A stretch of DNA of 64,000 nt from Malacoraja senta. Lineage: Eukaryota. The stretch is from assembly GCA_038087875.1 (NCBI GenBank), contig CM075997.1, forward strand, positions 5,458,001-5,522,000, given 5' to 3'. Position 1 is the stretch's first letter. Every line of letters begins with the position of its first letter. The notes below the pieces were generated by a model, which saw nothing but the letters and a program-made list of their open reading frames with translations, did no database searches and was not told where the DNA came from. This document shows, one piece after another, positions 1-11,800 of this stretch. The position numbers were made by a program, and so were the translations under genes.

Positions 1-123
1 TACTCTCTGATGTTGCACAATGTCCATCTCCACCCTCAGCTCCTCAGCAACTGAAGTGACCCACACCTATCTGTAGCAGGACTCCGACAACACTCAGGAA
101 TGGACTCCGACCTGAAACCTTGA

Positions 124-362
124 TTCTCTCTATCTCTCTCTCTCTCTCTTTCTCTCCAACACTTTCCCTCTCTTTCTCTCTCTTTCCCTCTCTCTCTCTC
201 ATTCCCTCTCTCTCTTTCCCTCTCTCTCTCTTTCCCTCTCTTTCTCTCTCTCACTTTCCCTCTCTCTCTCTTTCTCTCTCTCTCTTTCCCTCTCTTTCTC
301 TCTTTCCCTCTCTCTCTCTTTCCCTCTCTCTCCCTCTCTCTCTTTCCCTCTCTCGCTCTCTT

Positions 363-452
<90 letters not shown>

Positions 453-471
453 TCTCTCTCTCCCTCTTTCC

Positions 472-518
<47 letters not shown>

Positions 519-746
519 CCCCCTCTCTCTCCCTTTCCCTCTCTTTCCCTCTCTTTCCCTCTTTCCCTCCCTCCCTCCCTCTCCCCTCTCCCGCCCCCAC
601 CCACTCTCTCTTTCTCTCTCTCTCTCTTCCCCCCCTCTCTCTCTCTTTCCCTCTCTTTCCCTCTCTCTCTCTTTCCCTCTTTCCCTCTCTCCCTCCCTCC
701 CTCTCCCCCTCTCCCGCCCCCACCCTCTCTCTCTCTCTCTCTCTCC
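124..746. repeat. (CT)n/(CTTT)-rich polypyrimidine microsatellite
   Basis: Near-pure C/T tract; source of the RE/LS low-complexity ORFs. Confidence 0.95.
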
Positions 747-879
747 ACAGATGCAGCCTGACCTGAGCATTTCCTGCATTTTCACCTTTTGTTTCAGGAA
801 TGGATTGCTAAATGACAAATGCATTGTCCATACAGTGCAGGAGCAGGCAAAGAGCTTAGATGTGGCACAATACATAAGG

Positions 880-1011
880 TGTAGGAAGGAACTGCAGATG
901 CTGGTTTAAACCGAAGATAGACACAAAAAGCTGGAGTAACTCAGTGGGACAGGCAGCATCTCTGGAGAGAAGGAATGGGTGGCGTTTCGGGTCAAGACCC
1001 TTTTTCAGACT
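880..1011 (-). mobile_element. Penelope-like pseudo-LTR fragment with degenerate hammerhead motif
   Basis: Matches the window-wide unit TGTAGGAAGGAACTGCAGATGCTGG...GACGTTTCGGGTC..GACCCTTCTTCAG, which also sits directly downstream of GIY-YIG ORFs at 41.3-42.1 kb and 43.0-43.5 kb. Confidence 0.7.
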
Positions 1012-1764
1012 CATAATCAGATCCATAATTCCTTGTATGTTTTTACATACTTGGCTATTAAATTAATTACAATTACAAATTCATTATTAAAAAATAATTC
1101 TTCAGCTCCGTAAGGTAGTTTTTTGAGACAATGTGTATTTTGGGCCCACCATGTTTGTTGCTTTCCCTAATGGCAATTTAAACTAATTCCACCTGTCAAT
1201 ACATGATCGTATATCCTTCCATTCCCTACGTGTTCATGTGTCTAATTCCCTCTTCAAGATTGCCATTGTCCACCACTTCCCCTGGTAACACATTGCTCTC
1301 TCTCTGTATAAATACTCCTCTTGTAAATCTCCTTTCAACTTTTCTCCTCTCACCTCAAACCCAAGCCCTCTAGTATTTCATACGATAAAAAAGACTCCGG
1401 CTCTCTACCCCCTCTATGCCTCTCATGATTTTATATGCTTCTATCAGGTTCATAGGTTGAGAAGTCATGGAGCAGAATTAGGCCATTCGGCCCATCAAGT
1501 CTACTCCGCCATTTAATCATGGCTGATCTATCTTTCCCTCAACCCCATTCTCCTGCCTTCTCCCCATAACCCCCGACACCCGTACTAATCGAGAATCTAT
1601 CTACCTCTGCCTTAAAAATATCCATTGACATGGCATCCACAGCCTGTTTCCACGCTGTATCTGTAAATAAAATATCTTCAGACATTCTTCAGCATCTGAA
1701 GAAGGCTCCGACTTCTACAGGCGTACGGTGGAAAGCATCATGGTCTGGTTCAGTAATAGAACTG

Positions 1765-1988
1765 TGCTGAAGACAGACACAAACATCTAGAGAAACTCAG
1801 CGGGACAGGCAGCATCTCACGAGAGAAATAATGGGTGACGTTTCGGGTCAAGACCCTTCTTCAGACGTCTCGACCCGAAACGTCACCCATTCCTTCTCTC
1901 CAGAGATGCTGCCTGTCCCACTGAGTTACTCCAGCTTTTTGTGTCTATCTTCGGGTTAAACCAACATCTGCAGTTCCTTCCTACACAT
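1765..1988. mobile_element. Inverted pair of Penelope-like pseudo-LTR fragments
   Basis: Two copies of the same unit in opposite orientation, joined at about 1866 across the hammerhead-like motif. Confidence 0.7.
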
Positions 1989-2010
1989 TCAACTCTGCTG
2001 GCCACTTTCA

Positions 2011-2258
2011 TAGAAACATAGAAAATAGATGAAGGAGGAGGCCATTCGGCCCTTCGAGCAAGCACCGTCATTCATTGTGATCATGGCTAATCGTCCCCTA
2101 TCAATATCCCGTGCCTGCCTTCTCCCCATATCCCTTGACTCCACTAGCCCCTAGAGCTCTATCTAACTCTCTCTTAAATCCATCCAGTGATTTGGCCTCC
2201 ACTGCCCTCTGTGGCAGGGAATTCCACAAATTCACAACTCTCTGGGTGAAAAAGTTTT
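2011..2258 (-). mobile_element. CR1/HER1 LINE 3' fragment
   Basis: Encodes FFTQRVVNLWNSLP...GYGEKAGTGY and ends in the (TTTCTATG)-type tail. Confidence 0.9.
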
Positions 2259-2261
2259 TCG

Positions 2262-2452
2262 AAAAGTTTACTCCCGTGAAAGCAGATCTGACTTCTGTCA
2301 TCGAGAGATGTAAGGGACAGAGTCAGGGGCGATGCAGAGATGTACCCCCGGGGAACTTTGTTTACTTGTTCAAAATGGGTGCACAGAGCATCGAGCTCAT
2401 CTGGTGGAGACAAGGCTTTGCCAGAGATCGCCCTTGAATTTGGCTTGTCCAT
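2262..2452 (-). mobile_element. Degenerate Rex1/Babar ORF fragment
   Basis: Peptides PDELDALCTHFE and EVRSAFTGVN resemble the pre-RT region of the Rex-like element at 60.3-62.8 kb. Confidence 0.5.
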
Positions 2453-3585
2453 AAGTTCAAGTCAAAGAGCAGAATTAGTCCATTTGGCCCATCAAATCTA
2501 CTCCACCGAGGACCTACATACCTACAAACAGCAAGTATTCCTGATTAGGTAACCAGGTGAATGAATGTTCTTCATAAGTTTAAGAACTGCAGATGCTGGA
2601 CAAATCGAAGGTAGACAAAAATGCTGGAGGAACTCAGCGGGTGAGGCAGCATCTATGGAGAGAAGGAATAGGCGACATTTTGGGTCGAGACCCTTCTTCA
2701 TACGTTCATCAGTTCTAGAGCAGAATTAGGCCATTCGGCCCATTGTCTACGCCATTCAATTATGGCTAATCTACCTTTCCCAATCAATCCCATTCTCCTC
2801 CTTCTCCCCATAACTCTTGATGCTCTTACTAATCAAGAATCTGTTAATCTCCGCCTTAAAAATATCCACTGACTTGGCCTCCGCAGCCGTCCACAATGAA
2901 TTCCACAGATTCACCACCCTCTGACTAAAGAAATTTCTCCTCATCTTTCCAAAGGTATGTCCTTTAATTCTGAGTATATATCCTCTGGTCCTCGACTCTC
3001 CACCAGTGGAAACATCCTCTCCACATCCACTCTCTCCAGGTCTTTCACTGTTCAGTAAGTTTCAATGAGGCCCCCCCTCATTCTTCTAAACTCCAGCTAG
3101 TACAGGCCCACATGGTCATGGGGAGAATGTACAAACTCCGTACAGACAGCACCCATAGTCAAGATTGAATCTGGATCTCGGCTCTGTAAGCAGAATGACG
3201 GATGCTGTCAGTAAGGCGTGTGTACATTCTCCCCATGACCGTGTGGGGTTGTTAAAGTAGCAGCTGTATTAATGGAACGCAGTGCTGCGACTATTTTGTT
3301 TTCTGTCAATAATTTGACCAATAACTATGATTGCAACATATATTGAGGACCTTTGACTTTCCGGACCGAGCTACAATAATGAAACAGATTGCACTATGCA
3401 ACGTAAACCTGGGACTTCTGACGACAGAAAATTGTGGAGGTCGTGTCCATAACATAGGTGTGCTGATCCTCTGCCTCTGGCCTCAAATATTCCCAACACA
3501 AAGCAAAGGGAAAATGTATTTGCCAAAGGCACGTAATGTGCAAAAAGTGCATGCAGATTCCAAGCTTCATCTACCAGCTAACGTT

Positions 3586-3703
3586 TCATATCGCAGAATC
3601 CTGGGAACTCTGGTATCCCGAGGAGGTCAGTTTCACCGCATCTTTTTCCAACTCTGCATCCCAGCGGGGAGTACATTTCAGAAATTCCAACACGACTTTC
3701 CAA
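3586..3703 (-). CDS. Candidate terminal coding exon of an unidentified host gene (WKVVLEFLKCTPRWDAELEKDAVKLTSSGYQSSQDSAI*)
   Basis: Non-repetitive sequence; acceptor tctcacctcttattttaaacAG; open phase-2 frame to TGA at 3586-3588; unique UTR-like sequence follows to about 3250. Confidence 0.5.
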
Positions 3704-3749
3704 CTGTTTAAAATAAGAGGTGAGATCTTGTGCCAGACTTTTGCCCTGC

Positions 3750-3755
3750 TCTCTG

Positions 3756-3793
<38 letters not shown>

Positions 3794-4170
3794 GCTTTCT
3801 CTCTCTTTTCTCTCTCTCTCTCTCTCTCTTTTCTCTCTCTCTCTCTCTTTTTTTTCTCTCTTTCTCTCTCTCGCTTTCTCTGTCTATCTCTCTTTCTCTC
3901 TCTGTCTTTCTCTCTCTGTCTATCTCTCTCTCTGTCTCTCTGTCTCTCTCTCCGTCTCTCTCTCTCTCTGTATCTCTCTCTGTCTATCTCTCTTTCTCTC
4001 TCTGTCTATCTCTCTGTCTATCTCTCTCTCTGTCTCTCTCTCCGTCTCTCTCTGTCTCTGTCTCTCTCTGTCTATCTCTCTTTCTCTCTCTGTCTATCTC
4101 TCTGTCTCTCTCTCTCTTTCTCTCTATCTCTCTGTCTCTCTGTCTGTCTGTCTCTCCCTCTCTCTCTGTC
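3750..4170. repeat. (CT)n/(CTGT) microsatellite
   Basis: Visible simple repeat. Confidence 0.95.
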
Positions 4171-4554
4171 AATTCAATTTCAATTTTTAATTTTAAAACT
4201 TTATTGGCATGATACAAAAAACATTGTTATATTGCCAAAGTATGAAACATGACATACATATTTAAGATGCATAAGTATAAATACAAGTATATAGTGCATG
4301 GATAGATATGTCCCTGTACATAAACTCGCAAGAGGCCTATAGCCTTTTATTGATTGCTACACGTTCTTGTAGCTGTAAGCAGTACAACAGGATAGCTAAT
4401 TTAGCAATTCAATATTCATTTCTTAGTGTCAGTTAATGTCAATTAGTGTGTGCGTACATATGTGCATATTGGTCATTCACCGTCTCTCAGGTTATGGCAT
4501 GCTGTTACGTATTGTGCACCAAGATGTGCCGTATTTCCTTCACCAAGGATTATT

Positions 4555-4581
4555 CTCTGTCTCTCTCTCTTTCTCTCTGTC

Positions 4582-4628
<47 letters not shown>

Positions 4629-4710
4629 GTCTCCCTGTCTCTCTCTCTCTCTGTCTCTCACTCTCTCTCTCTTTCTCTCTCTCTCTCTGTCTCTCTCTAT
4701 CTCCCTCTCA
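4555..4710. repeat. (CT)n microsatellite
   Basis: Visible simple repeat. Confidence 0.95.
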
Positions 4711-5040
4711 CTGTAGACAAGGCTTCCCAATGTCTGAAATGTACCCGTAAAGAACACACATAGATACAATATCTGTGCATCCTCACACTGCTTTTATCAC
4801 ATCTCTCTAACCTCTTCTCCCTTTAAGGTGCTGAGTTGTCCGGTACAATAATCTCACAAGTTCATGTTCATAAGTTACAGGAGTCGAATTAGGCCATTTG
4901 GCCCATCGTCCACTGCACCATTCAATGGCTGGTCTATCTTTCCCTCTCAACCCCATTCTCCTGCCTTCACCCCAATTCAGTTCAGTCCAGTTTAGTTTAT
5001 TGTCAAGTGTGCCAAAGTACAGTGAAAAGCTTTTGTTGCG

Positions 5041-5058
5041 TATCTGTCTATCTATCTA

Positions 5059-5153
<95 letters not shown>

Positions 5154-5170
5154 GTCTATCTGTCTATCTG

Positions 5171-5202
<32 letters not shown>
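5041..5202. repeat. (TCTG)n(TCTA)n microsatellite
   Basis: Visible tetranucleotide repeat. Confidence 0.95.
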
Positions 5203-5334
5203 CACCAACTTGGGGTTGAGTGGTACCATGTGCTTCATGATGTCCTGGGGCTGTGTTAGCCATTCGTCATGATGCAGTTTCACTCGTAAGTAAGCTAGAC
5301 GGATGAGCAGTCATCTCCGAGCAAGAAAGAACTA

Positions 5335-5870
5335 ACACAATACATAACAGAATTCAACATAAAACATAAACGTTGACACAGTGGAACCACACCTCCCGCT
5401 GTGGTGGAAGGCACAAAAGTCCAGTCAATCTTCCTCCTCCGTTCACCGGTGGTCGGGGCCGTCAACCTCCGCAGTCGCCGCTACGGACGGCCCGATGTAC
5501 AGGCCCTCTCGGCCGCTTCCTACCAGAGACCGCGGCTTCATGATGCCAAGACCACGCGGTTGGAGCACTTCTTCTGGCGTTCCTCGGCAAAGAATCACAG
5601 GCAGCTCCGCGATGTTAAAGTCCGCGCAGCGCCCACGGCTACAAGCTCTGGGCCGGTCTCCAGTCGGAAAGACCGCACCAATCCAGTCGTTGGGCCGTGA
5701 GAGGGGCGGCAATGCGACGTGGGGAATCTCAGTCGGGTAAAGTGACTGGGAACGGTTTTCCCTTCCCCCCAGCATCCCCCACACCTGACATACATTCAGA
5801 CACGCTGAAAACAACAAAATGCTGAACCACACAAGCTGCTGGCGAGGCTGCCGCGCGTGGCACCATCTTG
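5335..5870 (-). mobile_element. GC-rich non-autonomous retroelement, copy 1
   Basis: Starts CAAGATGGTGCC on the minus strand; collinear with 52555-53238. Confidence 0.55.
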
Positions 5871-5974
5871 GGGGTATCCAGTCATTGGAAAGACAACACG
5901 TGATTACAATGAAGCCATTTACTGTGTATACTGTAGATACTTGGGTAAGGGAATAACGTTTAGTGCCAGTAAAG

Positions 5975-6752
5975 TAGAATAGAATAGAATAGAATGCCTT
6001 TATTTGTCATTCAAATAAACAGAGGTTTGAACGGAAATTTCGTTCCCTGCTGTCATAACAGCAGAATAAGCAATAACACAATTAACACAGTTCCACACAA
6101 ACATCCATCACAGTGAATCTCCAAACACTTCCTCATTGTGATGGAAGGCAAAAGTCTTATCTCATCCCTGTTCTTTGTTCTTCTCCCGTGTTGAGGCGAT
6201 CGAGGCTCTTGATGTTAAAGCCCCCAGCGGGCGTTGGTAAATCCCGCGGCTGATTAAACCGCACCGGGCGATATAAGGCCCTGCGCCGGGCCGATTCAAA
6301 CGCCGCGATTCAGGCGGGCGAAGTTGCCGTTGCGGGAGCTCCGGAAAATCGGTCTCCCACCAGGGACCGGCGAGCTCCCGATTTTACCGTCCACAGGCCT
6401 GCGGCCGAAGCTCCGTGCCACCACAGCCTCAGAGTCAGCCAGCTGCGCGATGGTACGTGGGTCCGATGGTAAGTGAGTAAGTGAGTCGGCAGGCTCTGCG
6501 ACTGGAGCCCTCAGGTCGATTCCGGTTGGAGGCCACCAGCTCCACGACGTTAGGCCCCAGTGAAACGGAGACACGACAAGGAAAAGGTCGCGTCCCTGTT
6601 CAAGGAAGAGATTAAAAAGTTTAAAAGTTTCCCCCACCCCTCCTCACATATACACAACTAAAAATAAACCAAAAACATACTCCTAACAAGACAAAAAATA
6701 AGAAAAACAGACAGACGGACTGCAGGTGAGCCACAGCCACAAGGCTCCGCCA
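5975..6752 (-). mobile_element. GC-rich non-autonomous retroelement with Rex-like AATAAA+(ATTCT)n tail
   Basis: Shares CCTCATTGTGATGGAAGGCA and overall layout with 5335-5870 and 52555-53238. Confidence 0.5.
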
Positions 6753-7051
6753 CATATCCCTGTCTGATAACCACTGACTTCAAACCCCTGACCAATGCTT
6801 CAAATGGCACGGAATACATCCATTGTGATAATCTGTGGCTATTTGTAGGGGTGTAACTGGCCCTTTGAGCTACACACTGATTGACTGAAAGTTTGATTGA
6901 AAGGTACAGCAGAGAAACAGGCCCTTCGGCCCACCGAGTCCATGCTGACTACCAATCACTGTCCGCATTAGTTATCCACTTTCCCATCCTCTCTAATCCA
7001 GGCAGCAATCTGGTGAACCACGTGCTCCATCTCCAAATCCTCTGCGTGTCT

Positions 7052-7267
7052 GTGTGGATGAGTGGTGCATGCACCATTGCTGCACGTGTGTGGATGAGTG
7101 GTGCATGCACCATTGCTGCACGTGTGTGGATGAGTGGTGCATGCACCATTGCTGCACGTGTGTGGATGAGTGGTGCATGCACCATTGCTGCACGTGTGTG
7201 GATGAGTGGTGCATGCACCATTGCTGCACGTGTGTGGATGAGTGGTGCATGCACCATTGCTGCACGT
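7052..7267. repeat. Minisatellite, 6 x 36 bp
   Basis: Unit GTGTGGATGAGTGGTGCATGCACCATTGCTGCACGT repeated identically with no spacers. Confidence 0.95.
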
Positions 7268-8081
7268 GTGGATGTCTGTCTGTCGCAACTAAGCAGAGTT
7301 GCCCGATTATTGCGTTTCTGTGTAGGAAGGAACTGCAGATGCTGGTTTACACCAAAGGCAGACACAAAATGCTGGAGTAACTCAGTGGGACAGCAGCACC
7401 TCTGGAGAGAAGGAATGGGTGACGTTTCGGGTTGAGACGAAAGACTCTCAAGAAAGGTCTCAACCAGAAACGTCACCCATTCCTCTTCTCCAGAGATGCT
7501 GCCTGTCCGCTGTGTTACTCCAGCATTTTGTGTCTAACTTCGATTGCGTTACTGTGCAAGATAGGCTGATCTGTTGCCACTCTGTACTCTGCCACTATTA
7601 AACACCCAAGAAACACCACTCATTCAGATGCAGAAAGGAACTGCATCAATAACATTAAGAGAACCACATCCACTTCACGATTTGCCTGCTGGTTGATTTC
7701 TTCTGGCTGTTAATAACATTCTTTGAGTACCTGGTGTTATATAGAACTATTTCAAACTGCAGACCTAAAGCCAAGTCTGAAGAAGGATCTCGACCTGAAA
7801 CGTCTCCCAATCCTTCTCTCCAGAGATGCTGCCTCTCCCGCTGAGTTACTCCAGCATCTTGTGTCTACCTTCGATTTTATCCAACATCTGCAGTTCTTTC
7901 TCATGCAGATATGATAATGTTGTTTATGAGGCTTTTAAATAGGCACAAGGATATACAGGGAATGGAGGGATATGGATCTAGTACCTTCCAGTTAATCCAG
8001 AGGAGATTAACCCGGGTCTCTGGCACTGCACCGCTGTAAGGCAGCAACTCTACCGCTGTCTGCACCACCGTTGTACTGTTC

Positions 8082-8958
8082 TATAGATACATAGAAAATA
8101 GGTGCAGGAGTAGGCCATTCGGCCCTTCGAGCCTGCACACCATTCAATATGATCATGGCTGATCATCCAACTCAGTATCCCGTACCTGCCTTCTCTCCAT
8201 ACCCCCTGATCCCTTTAGCCACAAGGGCCACATCTAACTCCCTCTTAAATATAGCCAATGAACTGGCCTCAACTACCCTCTGTGGCAGACAGTTCCAGAG
8301 ATTCACCACTCTCTGTGTGAAAACGTTTTCTCATCTCGGTCTTAAGGATTTCCCCCTTATCCTTAAGCTGTGACCCCCTTGTCCTGGACTTCCCCAACAT
8401 CGGGAACAATCTTCCTGCATCTAGCCTGTCCAACCCCATAAGAATTTTGTACGTTTCTATAAGATCCTCTCTCAATCTCCTAAATTCTAGCTAGTATAAG
8501 CCAAGTCTATCCAGTCTTTCTTCATATGAAAGTCCTGACATCCCAGGAATCAGTCTGGTGAACCTTCTCTGTACTCCCTCTATGGATATAATGTCCTTCC
8601 TCAGATTTGGAGACCAAAACTGTACGCAATACTCCAGGTGTGGTCTCACCAAGACCCTGTACAACTGCAGTAGAACCTCCCTGCTCCTATACTCAAATCC
8701 TCTTGCTATGAAGGCCAACCTACCATTCGCTTTCTTCACTGCCTGCTGCACCTGCATGCCTACTTTCAATGACTGGTGTACCATGACACCCAGGTCTCGC
8801 TGCATCTCCCCATTTCCTAATCGGCCACCATTTAGATAATAGTCTGCTTCCCGTTTTGCCACCAAAGTGGATAACCTCACATTTATCCACATTATACTGC
8901 ATCTGCCAAACATTTGCCCACTCACCCAGCCTATCCAAGTCACCTTGCAGTCTCCTAG
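8082..8958 (-). mobile_element. CR1 LINE, 3' part of ORF2
   Basis: RDLGVMVH, VRPHLEYCVQFWSP; near-identical to the reverse complement of about 57318-58200. Confidence 0.95.
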
Positions 8959-10699
8959 CAAATGTCCTATGTTCTACTCCCTTTCCCACCACCCTCACCA
9001 AAGTCTCACAGCCTGCCTTTCCCACCTCAAACACCACTTATTGTTACATGACACTAGGTTCCACAGTGAAGCATATGTTTTATTACAATGGATTAGCTCT
9101 GGGCCAGTGTAACTGAATTGAATCAATTGAATTGAATACATTTTATTAGCCAAGTATGTATACATACAAGGAATTTGCCTTGATGCTTTGCTCGCAAGTA
9201 ACAACACGATATACAGTAGGGGCACATCTCTGGTGAGAAGGAATGGGTGACGTTTCGAGTCGAGACCCTTCTTCACACTGGTTAGGGATAAGGAAAACGA
9301 GAGATAGACGGTGATGTACAATGGGGATGGAATTGGATGCGGCCAATAATGCCTATAATGTTCGATATTGAGACCCTTTGGTTTCCACTGAATGCAATAA
9401 TTAAATTTATAAAGACTACTCACAGAATTATGAAAAAAATGCTGGAGTAACTCAGCGGGACAGGCAGCATCTCTGGTGAGAAGGAATGGGTGACGTTGCA
9501 GATCGAGACAATAGACAATAGACAATAGGTGCAGGAGTAGGCCATTCGTCCCTTTGATTTCTCTCACTTCAGGTAGTCCCGGCATTACCTCTCACTCTAT
9601 CCCTCCCCCACCCAAGTCGCACCAGCTTCTTGTTTTCACCCAACAAACAGCTAACAATGGCCTGTTTCCTTTATCATCGTTATGTTTTTGCATAACTTTC
9701 AATAGACAATAGACAATAGACAATAGGTGCAGGAGTGGGCCATTCGGCCCTTTGAGCCAGCACCACCATTCATGTGATCATGGCTGATCATCCCCAATCA
9801 GTACCCCGTTCCTGCCTTCTCCCCATATCTCCTGACTCCGCTATTTTTAAGAGCCATATCTAGCTCTCTCTTGAAAGCATCCAGAGACCTGCCTCCACCG
9901 CCCTCTGAGGCAGAGAATCCACAGTTCATTCATCACACTGGTTATGATAAGTGAAACCAGAGATATAGACAATGATGTAGAGAGATAAAGAACAATGAAT
10001 GAAAGATATTCAAACAAATTAACGATGGTAAAGGAAACAGGCCATTGGTAGCTGTTTGTGGGTGAAAACGAGAAGCTGGAGTGACTTGGGTGGGGGAGGG
10101 ATAGAGAGAGAGGGAATGCCGGGGCTACCTGAAGTGAGAGAAATGAATATTCATACCACTGGGCTGTAAGCTGCCCACTCACAGTTATGCAGCACAGAAA
10201 CAGGCTCTTCAACCCACATGAATGACGAAGCACTCATTTACACTGATCCTGATCCCACGGGAATCCCATCTTATTCTCCCCAAATAGAATTGACTCCCCC
10301 TGATTATATGATTTCCCTACACACCAGGAACTATTCACAGAAGCTAATTCACTTACTGACCTACACGTTTTTGGGTTGTGGGAGGAAACCAGAGCACCCG
10401 GAGGAAACCACTCGGTCACTGTAGGGAACGTGCAAACTCCACGCAGACAGCACCTGAGGTGAGGATGGAACCCGTTCACTGGCGCTGTGAGGCAGCAGCT
10501 CTACCAGCTGAGCCACCATGACGTAGGAATTAGTAACAATTGTTTGCCTTGACGGCATTTATTGAATACAATGGGTCTTGCAACTTGCCTGGCACAATAT
10601 TAACGTTTGACATTAACCAGTTTCAAAACTTGTTTGAACAGGATGCCTTTTAAATTTTGACTAATGAGTTGCCATGAAAGCATCAGTGCTTGGACTAAC

Positions 10700-10715
10700 C
10701 TTCCATCTGAGCATC
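10700..10715 (-). CDS. Candidate 16-nt microexon (GATGCTCAGATGGAAG)
   Basis: tctttgcAG ... GTtagt in unique sequence; phase 1 to 2 fits the neighbouring candidate exons. Confidence 0.3.
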
Positions 10716-10849
10716 CTGCAAAGACCACCAGTTGTTGTTGGGTTTGGATCCAATCTCTCACAACCACAATTCTAATCAATTGCAGAAGTTGCATTATTCC
10801 AAACCGTGCTGCAAAATATTATGTACAGTGGACATCATGTGTATGTTAG

Positions 10850-11250
10850 ATCCTCGTCCGTCAGTGGAGCATCTTGGACAATACAGCTCACCCCCTCCGT
10901 GACACACTGGTCAATACAGCTCACCCACTCCGTGACACACTGGTCAATACAGCTCACCCCTCCGTGACACACTGGTCAACCTGAGGAGCACCTTCAGCAA
11001 CAGATTGGTTCCACCAAGATGCAGCACAGAACACCACAGGAGATGCTTCTTCCCGGAGATGCTTCTTCCCTGTGGCTATCAACCTGTACAACTCCTTCCC
11101 CTTCTGTCGTTGGGTAGACTGACTCCCCCCCCCCCAATCCCCCCCAATCTTTGCACATCCCCAATCCTTTCCACTCGTCACTTTCATTTCATATTTCATG
11201 TATTTTGTGTTTTATTCCAGTTCAATTTCCCTTCTGGCATAAATAGTTCT
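10850..11250 (+). mobile_element. Rex1/Babar 3' end with an internal ~33-bp unit repeated 3 times
   Basis: STFSNRLVPPRCSTEHHRR..FP..AI.LYN-type C-terminus; CAATACAGCTCACCCCCTCCGTGACACACTGGT triplicated. Confidence 0.65.
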
Positions 11251-11277
11251 ATGGTATTGTATGGTATCGTATGTACG

Positions 11278-11580
11278 GGCGGCATGGTGGCGCAGCGGTA
11301 GAGTTGCTGCCTTATCGCACTTGCTGCGCCGGAGACCCGGGTTCGATCCCAACTATGGGTGCTGTCTGTACGGAGTTTGTACGTTCTCCCCGTGACCTGC
11401 GTGGGTTTTCTCAGAGATCTTCGGTTTCCTCCCACGCTCAAAGACGACAGGAATGTAGGTTAATTGGCTTATGTTTGTATACTTGGTATAAGTGTAAATT
11501 GTCACTAGTGTGTGTGGCTTGAGTTAATGTGCGGGGATGCTGGTCGGTGCGGACTCGGTGGGCCTGTTTCTGCATTGTAT
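11278..11580 (+). mobile_element. HE1-type V-SINE
   Basis: tRNA-like head with A box (TGGCGCAGCGG) and B box (GGTTCGATCCC), V-domain, CR1-like tail. Confidence 0.85.
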
Positions 11581-11599
11581 TCATTATTGCACTCAGTCC

Positions 11600-11792
11600 C
11601 CTGAAGTAGATTGATCACGACTCTCAGTCACAGCCCAGAGACGAGAGTACGTTCCTCATTGACACACCCAACGGTCACATGGTTGCAGATGCCTTCATTC
11701 TGATGGGAACGCAAAGCTAACATGGATGTTAAAGATTGCATCACACTCTTTTGAAGAAGAGCAGAAAGTTCTTCATTTTCCAAATATTAATT
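11600..11792 (+). mobile_element. Ancient DeuSINE (SacSINE/AmnSINE-like) remnant
   Basis: GGATGTTAAAGAT...TTTGAAGAAGAGCAG..AGTTCT resembles the Deu domain as recalled from memory. Confidence 0.45.
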
Positions 11793-11800
11793 AGCTAACC

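Noticed and set aside
36..875. Long RE-rich and LS-rich ORFs (also 3536-4769 and 13796-15094)
   Set aside because: Translations of CT/GA microsatellites and G-rich low-complexity DNA
798..878. Apparent plus-strand exon after ttttgtttcAG
   Set aside because: The acceptor and donor both come from flanking pseudo-LTR repeat sequence, and no partner exons were found
3331..3711. 126-aa plus-strand ORF
   Set aside because: No recognisable motif or splice support; better explained as the antisense of the candidate terminal exon and UTR
7052..7267. CRISPR-like 36-bp palindromic repeats
   Set aside because: No unique spacers, no cas genes, vertebrate context
11278..11352. tRNA-like A and B boxes (many copies)
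   Set aside because: These are heads of HE1-type SINEs, not tRNA genes
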